From: an uncultured Methanosarcinales archaeon
Lineage (GTDB): Archaea > Nanobdellota > Nanobdellia > Woesearchaeales > GW2011-AR9
Reading direction: 5' to 3'
DNA length: 43,910 nucleotides
NCBI GenBank assembly: GCA_964460605.1
Contig: CAYWPT010000004.1
Span: 1 to 43,910, forward strand
The notes beneath the pieces are model-generated. The model was not told the DNA's origin, did not search any database, and worked only from the letters and a program-made list of their open reading frames with translations. This document shows positions 38,055 to 43,910 of this stretch, in pieces; the first letter of the stretch is position 1; every line of letters starts with the position of its first letter. A program made the translations under genes and the position numbers.

Positions 38055-39929
38055 ATGGCTAAGAAAGCGACTAAGAAGACTACAGATAAAAAAAGAAAAA
38101 ATAACGATAAACCGACATTACCTAAAATGTCTCCAGAGATGGAGAAAAAGTATGCAAAATTAAAATCAAAATTAGACAAATTTGAAAAGAAAGTTGTGGA
38201 AAAGTTTGGTGATTATATTATGGGGATTGCTATCATGCCCCCAGCAAAACCTAAACCAGCTCATCCTGGTGCTCCAAAAGCTTCTGCAAAGGAAGAAAAA
38301 AAGCCTAATCCAGATAGAGTTGATTTAATAGTTATTGTGGATGACACCACCTCCAAAAAGATGAACAAAGATGAACTACATAAAAAGTTCTCAACTATTA
38401 TTGACAAAATTGCAGAAGAGATCGATAAAAATCTTTATACACAAAGTGTTCTCTTAACAGACATCTGGCAAAATTGTTACGATGGTAAACATGACCTTAA
38501 CAAATTAATTGCTATGTCTACAGTAATCTATGATACAGGTATGCTCTCAGCTATTAAAATTTCTGAAATCCATAAAAGTATGGTGATCAAAAAGTTCGAG
38601 AAGTATATCGTAAGTTATGTTCTTGGTGGATCACTCACACAAGGTAGAGCAACACCCTCAAGTGATATTGATGTATGGATAGTAATTGATGATACTGATG
38701 TAAAAAAGATGTCTCGTGCTGAATTAAAAGACAAATTGAGGGGAATCATTATTAGTATGGGTATTGAAGCTGGTGAACTCACTGGCATCAAAAACAAATT
38801 GAATATTCAATGTTGGATTTTAACAGAATATTGGGACGCTTTGAAGGAAGCTAACCCAGTAATGTTTACTTTACTTCGTGATGGTGTACCATTTTATGAT
38901 AGAGGTATGTTTATGCCTTGGAAACAATTGCTTAGAATGGGTAAAATCAAACCAAGTAGAGAATCTATTGACATGTTTATGGACTCAGGTCGTAAAATGA
39001 TTAAACGTGTTGAATATGATATGAAAAGGATTGGTATGGATGATTTATTCTATGCAGTACTTACCCCATCACAAGCAGCATTAATGCTTTATGGTGTAGC
39101 TCCACCTACTCCAAGAGAAACAGTAGAAATTATGGAAGATGTTTTTGTGAAAAAAGAAAAACTTCTTGAGAAAAAGTATGTTGACATTCTCAAAGGCCAC
39201 ATTAAAGTTAGAAAAGAACTTGAACACGGGAGTAGAAAAGAAATTTCTGGTAAAGAGATTGATGCTATGATCAAAGATACTAAAGATTTCATGAACAGAA
39301 TTGAGAAATTGTTTGAACAAATTGAAGAACAACATAACGCAAAAACAATTGATCACCTTTATGATGAAGTCTTAACCATCTCACGCGATATTTTACGTGG
39401 AGAAGGTTTTGATAAGATCAAAGATACTGAAGTTATAAAGAAATTTGAGGATGAATTAGTTAGTACTGGAAAAATTCCTAAAAAATTCTTAAGTGACTTA
39501 GAAGAAATTGTTTCTGCTAAAAAGAAATTTGATCAAGGAAAACTTAACAAAGTCGAAATTGAGAAAGCACGTAAATCAAGCATTGGTTTAATCAGATACT
39601 TAGTTGAATACATGCAAAGAAAACGTGGAAGATCACTTGAACGTGCTAAGATCAGAGTAAAACATGGTAAGAAGTTTGGTGAAATTACTTTACTTGGTAA
39701 AGAAGGCTTTGTTATCATGGATATCGATGCTCGTGAGAACTTAGAGATTTTCAAAGGCCCTATTGATGAAAAAGGAAGTTTAGGTGCCTTATCTAAAAGT
39801 AATTTAGAAGAATTTGAAGCTGCATTAGCAAAAGCCAACTTTTCTGAAAGAGTTTTCATCAAAGAAGCAATCTTTGAAGACTTGAAGAAAATCTTTGGTC
39901 GTGATGTAGAAGTTCTTCTGCATTATTAA
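38055..39929 (+). CDS. Nucleotidyltransferase (pol-beta/MNT-like) domain protein with HEPN-like helical region
   Basis: 'GGSLTQGRATPSSDIDVWIVIDD' (GS-x-DxD); degenerate N-terminal copy 'VDLIVIVDD'; 'YAVLTPSQAALMLYG' helix; AGGAG RBS. Confidence 0.75.
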   Translation: MAKKATKKTTDKKRKNNDKPTLPKMSPEMEKKYAKLKSKLDKFEKKVVEKFGDYIMGIAIMPPAKPKPAHPGAPKASAKEEKKPNPDRVDLIVIVDDTTSKKMNKDELHKKFSTIIDKIAEEIDKNLYTQSVLLTDIWQNCYDGKHDLNKLIAMSTVIYDTGMLSAIKISEIHKSMVIKKFEKYIVSYVLGGSLTQGRATPSSDIDVWIVIDDTDVKKMSRAELKDKLRGIIISMGIEAGELTGIKNKLNIQCWILTEYWDALKEANPVMFTLLRDGVPFYDRGMFMPWKQLLRMGKIKPSRESIDMFMDSGRKMIKRVEYDMKRIGMDDLFYAVLTPSQAALMLYGVAPPTPRETVEIMEDVFVKKEKLLEKKYVDILKGHIKVRKELEHGSRKEISGKEIDAMIKDTKDFMNRIEKLFEQIEEQHNAKTIDHLYDEVLTISRDILRGEGFDKIKDTEVIKKFEDELVSTGKIPKKFLSDLEEIVSAKKKFDQGKLNKVEIEKARKSSIGLIRYLVEYMQRKRGRSLERAKIRVKHGKKFGEITLLGKEGFVIMDIDARENLEIFKGPIDEKGSLGALSKSNLEEFEAALAKANFSERVFIKEAIFEDLKKIFGRDVEVLLHY

Positions 39930-40009
39930 TTATTATTTTTTTATTCTTAATAAATATCTTAACAAAGTGATATTTAGTGTTGTAAAATATAATCAGTTGA
40001 TTAATAATT

Positions 40010-40105
40010 CTAAACTACCATACCTTTAGTAATAGCTAACAAAATTAGAATTAATGTAAAGAAAAACAAGATTATGTGTAAAATATCATCTAAGTCAAAA
40101 TTCAT
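40010..40105 (-). CDS. 31-aa hydrophobic peptide (MNFDLDDILHIILFFFTLILILLAITKGMVV)
   Basis: ATG overlaps the upstream stop (TAATG); single TM helix. Confidence 0.5.
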   Translation of the reverse strand: MNFDLDDILHIILFFFTLILILLAITKGMVV

Positions 40106-40218
40106 TAGAGAACACCAAGGGATTTTAGTATGGCTAAAAATATCCCAGCTATACATAAAACAATTCCTATTACATTAATTACATTTAGGAATGTTTTCCA
40201 AATATCTTTTTTAGCTAT
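40105..40218 (-). CDS. 37-aa hydrophobic peptide with ATA in the start position (xAKKDIWKTFLNVINVIGIVLCIAGIFLAILKSLGVL)
   Basis: AGGTGA RBS 4 nt before ATA; TTTATA box upstream; single TM helix. Confidence 0.45.
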   Translation of the reverse strand: MAKKDIWKTFLNVINVIGIVLCIAGIFLAILKSLGVL

Positions 40219-40445
40219 ATTTTCACCTTATGTTTTGAATATAAAAAGTTAATAGAGATAGTATATTTGTTTATCATATAAATTATGTTTTTTCAAGGTT
40301 AAATTAAGATCCCAACACAACTAGTGAACACACCAGTGGAAAAATCAGCTTCTAATCCAAGCAAAGTTTCAAGTAAGTATAACAGAAAATAATAAAAGAT
40401 CAATTCGCTTAAAATGACCGGTAATATTCTTTCCAAGATAAAGTG

Positions 40446-40725
40446 TATTGAGGGCACACCCATAAGTCGAATACACAAAACCACTTCAGTTGAATCCCAA
40501 ATACTTCTCGAACTTGCAACCCCCTGAACATGGAGATTACTCCTTAAGACTGCTTCCGTCAGGATCTGATCTGGTTCGAAGCAAATCCATCCCAGAGGAC
40601 AAGTCGTCAGCAAAGTATAAAGGACTAAAGCAATAATGCATAGCCTTCCGAAGGCTTCGGCTCCAAGTAAAGTCCATTCTTGGTAACAACGCAGGACTAG
40701 CACGCCAGCCTAGCTCTCCTCAACA
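40446..40725 (-). ncRNA. ffs: Signal recognition particle RNA (7S)
   Basis: Domain IV 'GAACCAGAUCAGAUCC-UGAC-GGAAGCAGUCUUAAG'; Alu-like 5' part 'GCUAGGCUGG...GUCC...UGUUACC'; termini pair (UUGAGG/CCUCAA); long helix 5 pairing; TTTATAAA at 40747-40754; ends approximate. Confidence 0.85.
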
Positions 40726-40900
40726 AATAAGAAAATAGAGAATCTGTTTATAAAGCTTTAGTTAAAAGAGATTAAATAAAATAAGAATTTATGAGTAATA
40801 ATACTCAAAAAAATAATCTCTTCATATGAAGCACTTAGATTATTAGAGCTTTCATCATTAACTTCTTCTGGTTTTTCACATGATAATCTAATCAAATGAT

Positions 40901-42451
40901 TTATTCTTCAACATCTGCCTCTTCTTCAACATCTGCCTCTTCTTCAACATCTGCCTCTTCTTCAACATCTGCCTCTTCTCCCTTATAGGACTCATCCTCA
41001 GCAATAACTTCCCCAGGGAGATTATCTTCAACTATGTCCCCCTCATCTTTATAATCTCCATTGTACTCATGTGAGTCTTCTATATCACCTGAAGTGGTAT
41101 CATAATCAACTTGATTATTTTCATAATCAACTTTCTTCAAATATGCATCACAAGCAGCGTAATCATAAATATTAGCATCTTCACATATTCCTGGAACCCC
41201 AATACTTATCCCACCATCATCTCTTAAGAAGTTATCAGGATAATCGTCACCTAAATTGTTCAAAGCACCATCATAACATGCTAATCTATCTAGAGGTTCT
41301 TCAATACCACCACAATCAAACCCATAACCAAAGTTTTTTCTATTTGAATCTTCTTCAACAACACCATAAATAAAACTTTCATCATTTAATTCATTCATGA
41401 TCTTATTACATTCATCCCAATAGAACATTGTACTTTCTAAATCAGAATCTATCACCCCATCATCTAGAGCTTCAACACATTCTTCTGGTGCTTCATTTTT
41501 AAAACGAAAATATTCACATTCTAATCTAGTCTCAATCCCAGCATCTAAACATTCCGAATCATAAATGTTTGATGAGTCTAGTTCAAAATAATCCACTTCA
41601 CTCATTTTTCCATCTTCAATTGATAAAAAAACGCCTTGTAAATAATCAGGCAGAGTACTCATTAAAGTGCCCATATCAACATTATCCATTATCGCACAAG
41701 CACTTTCATCACCTGCTTCACATTTAGCTGCATTTGGAGCAATAATGTTACATTGGTCTGCAAAACTTTTAATATTAATATCATCACATTCACAATTTTC
41801 TGGATCATCAAAACATTGAGTCATTATATTCGCGAAATCTTCAGCTTCAAGAATTTGATCTCCACTTAATTCTGAATCTAACTCTTGGAACCATTCAGGT
41901 GAACTCTCATCTGTCTTACATGTTTTTGCATATTCTACTGGGTCTAATTCAGACAGTGCTAGACAAAGTTCTTCAATTTGACTAGAAATTTTTGCAGAAG
42001 CTGCTATTTTCTCTTCTTGTTCTAATTGTACATCAATAAGGTCTTGTAATTCTTCAGCTTCAATTTCTTCAAATAAATCCTGTACTGCTTTTGCACTATT
42101 TCTTGCAGCTTCATCTAGTTCAGGAGAAACTTCTCTTTCTAAAACTAAACTAAATACTGCTGCTTTTTCTAAAGCTTCACGAGCTGCTTGAATATCACCT
42201 TGAGCAATTAAGTACTCAGCTTCTAAAATTTTCTCTTCACGTAATTTCAAAGCTTTCTTTGGATTATCAGTAGAATCAACTTCAAACAATTCATCTAGGA
42301 AATAAAAAAAACTATCTGGAGTAATTCCGGCACTTGTTGAAAATGTTCCCTCAACACCGTCATATAAATCATCAGAACCATCAGCAACTACTATCACTGA
42401 GCTTAATACAAGTATAAGCAATACACATAACATTATCAAAACTCTTTTCAT
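40901..42451 (-). CDS. Secreted acidic Cys-rich surface protein (DUF5667-like N-terminus)
   Basis: Signal peptide; 'AGITPDSFFYFLDE...REEKILE'; many Cys pairs; acidic repeat tail. Confidence 0.75.
   Translation of the reverse strand: MKRVLIMLCVLLILVLSSVIVVADGSDDLYDGVEGTFSTSAGITPDSFFYFLDELFEVDSTDNPKKALKLREEKILEAEYLIAQGDIQAAREALEKAAVFSLVLEREVSPELDEAARNSAKAVQDLFEEIEAEELQDLIDVQLEQEEKIAASAKISSQIEELCLALSELDPVEYAKTCKTDESSPEWFQELDSELSGDQILEAEDFANIMTQCFDDPENCECDDINIKSFADQCNIIAPNAAKCEAGDESACAIMDNVDMGTLMSTLPDYLQGVFLSIEDGKMSEVDYFELDSSNIYDSECLDAGIETRLECEYFRFKNEAPEECVEALDDGVIDSDLESTMFYWDECNKIMNELNDESFIYGVVEEDSNRKNFGYGFDCGGIEEPLDRLACYDGALNNLGDDYPDNFLRDDGGISIGVPGICEDANIYDYAACDAYLKKVDYENNQVDYDTTSGDIEDSHEYNGDYKDEGDIVEDNLPGEVIAEDESYKGEEADVEEEADVEEEADVEEEADVEE
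40904..40975. repeat. Perfect 18-bp tandem repeat x4 (encodes EADVEE)
   Basis: TTCTTCAACATCTGCCTC repeated four times with no spacers. Confidence 0.95.
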
Positions 42452-42492
42452 AGTATAATCAAATAGAAAAACTATTTAATTGTTTCTAAAAT

Positions 42493-43910
42493 CTACCCAA
42501 AATAATTTACTTCTTTATTCTCAATTTCTTTAGAACGAGCTGTTGAGAAATAGTTTGACAATTTTTTATAGATCTCTTCAACTTCTTTATCTACTGATGC
42601 ATGCACTACTTCTAAAGCATAAGTGAAATCTGCCATAAAAATCTCTTTAGCATCTGCATTTTTCCGTAATGCTTCCATTGCTGCTTCACGACAAAGCCCT
42701 TCAATATCTGCACCCACATACCCCTCAGTAGAACTTGCTAAAGAAGAGATATCAACATCTCTATTAAGAGGCATATATCTTGTATGAATTGCAAACAATT
42801 CTTTTCTAGATTCAGAGTCTGGAATTTCTGTTAAAATAACATTATCAAACCTACCTGGACGTAATAAAGCTGTGTCTAAAATATCAGGCCTATTAGTTGC
42901 AGCAATAATTACCACATCATTTAAACTCTCAAGCCCATCCATCTCAATCAATAATTGGTTTACTAAAGCTTCATTACTCTCACCAAAAGCGCTTGAACCA
43001 GTTCCGCGTTTTTTAGCAAAAGAATCAATTTCATCAAAGAAGATAATACTCGGTGCAGTTTGTCTAGCACGTTTGAAAACTTTTCGTAATTGTTCAGTTT
43101 CTTTTCCAACAACACCCTCTTGTAATAATGATGCACCATTGATTGCAATAAAATTAGCTTTACTCTGTTTAGCTACAGCTCTAGCCAATAAAGTTTTTCC
43201 AGTTCCAGGAGGACCATACAATAATACTCCCCGTGGTGGTCTAATACCCATTTTGTCAAACATTCCTTTATTTTTAATTGGCCATTCAACAGCTTCCTTC
43301 AACTTTTGTTTTACATGTTTTAATCCACCAATGTCTTTCCAAGATACTTCAGGAGTCTCAACTAATACTTCACGCATAGCGCTTGGTCTTACTACTTTAA
43401 GTGATTCTAAAAAGTCACTTTGACCAATAGATAATTTATCCAAAATTTCTTCTGGAATGTTTTCATCTTCTTCAATACCTTCAACTTTTAAATCAGGTAA
43501 AATTCTACGTAAGACAACCATTGCTGCTTCTTTAGCTAATGCTTGTAAATCTGCTCCAACAAATCCATGAGTAATACCAGCTAACTCCATAAGATCAATA
43601 TCTTCAGCTAAAGGCATATTTCTTGTATGAATTTTTAAAATCTCCAAACGACCATTTTTATCAGGTACACCAATTTCAATCTCTCTATCAAATCTTCCTG
43701 GTCTTCGCAAAGCAGGATCTAAGGAATTAGGCCTATTTGTAGCTGCGATAACAATAACTTTTCCTCGAGAACTCAAACCATCTAAATTCTTTAATAGTTC
43801 TGAAACAGGAGTGTTCAAAAACTCGTTAGTTCCCCTATCTTGTCTCTTAAAAGCAATACTATCTAACTCGTCAATAAATAGGATTGTAGGAGCGTTTTCT
43901 TTAGCACCTT
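42493..43910 (-). CDS. cdc48: CDC48/VCP-family AAA+ ATPase, 5'-truncated by window edge
   Basis: Frame open to the window edge (FIDELD); 'RPGRFDREI'; second module GPPGTGKT/FFDEID; C-terminal YFG. Confidence 0.93.
   Translation of the reverse strand, partial: GAKENAPTILFIDELDSIAFKRQDRGTNEFLNTPVSELLKNLDGLSSRGKVIVIAATNRPNSLDPALRRPGRFDREIEIGVPDKNGRLEILKIHTRNMPLAEDIDLMELAGITHGFVGADLQALAKEAAMVVLRRILPDLKVEGIEEDENIPEEILDKLSIGQSDFLESLKVVRPSAMREVLVETPEVSWKDIGGLKHVKQKLKEAVEWPIKNKGMFDKMGIRPPRGVLLYGPPGTGKTLLARAVAKQSKANFIAINGASLLQEGVVGKETEQLRKVFKRARQTAPSIIFFDEIDSFAKKRGTGSSAFGESNEALVNQLLIEMDGLESLNDVVIIAATNRPDILDTALLRPGRFDNVILTEIPDSESRKELFAIHTRYMPLNRDVDISSLASSTEGYVGADIEGLCREAAMEALRKNADAKEIFMADFTYALEVVHASVDKEVEEIYKKLSNYFSTARSKEIENKEVNYFG

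Noticed and set aside
40299-40703. 134-aa minus-strand ORF in the track
   Set aside because: Overlaps the SRP RNA and has no protein-like motifs
40904-40975. Possible CRISPR array
   Set aside because: Contiguous in-frame coding repeats without spacers; no cas genes
204-43423. Many short antisense or alternate-frame ORFs (e.g. 5078-5446, 15997-16380, 19233-19637, 35689-36162, 42872-43423)
   Set aside because: Shadows of well-supported genes, with Ser/Phe/Leu-rich composition typical of the reverse frame of Glu/Lys-rich genes

Overview
AT-rich archaeal chromosome segment, most consistent with a DPANN/Nanobdellota lineage such as Woesearchaeota. The lineage is an inference from Taw1, Dph5, eS6, prefoldin-alpha/FtsY, archaeal FtsZ, CDC48, an ATP-dependent ligase, and TATA boxes ~22 nt upstream of many start codons. 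Housekeeping genes (taw1, pfdA, ftsY, lig, topA, dph5, proS, ftsZ, rps6e, ileS, cdc48) are interspersed with accessory blocks. Highlights: (1) a translationally coupled four-gene nucleotide-processing cassette (MoaA-like radical SAM, P-loop kinase, CYTH, frameshifted HD hydrolase) that does not look like Moco biosynthesis; (2) exported proteins with peptidoglycan-directed features (LysM-like lipoprotein; Tat-exported SxxK/SxN/KTG serine hydrolase with tandem SPOR-like repeats); (3) a membrane protein ending in an apparent 8-stranded outer-membrane-type beta-barrel with terminal Phe; (4) an SRP RNA absent from the ORF track, apparently lacking helix 6 and carrying a UGAC tetraloop; (5) three small ORFs below the track cutoff; (6) a duplicated module of a membrane-tethered wHTH protein divergent from a secreted helical protein. 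No tRNA, rRNA, CRISPR array or transposase was recognised. All assignments come from reading motifs by eye; no database searches were run.
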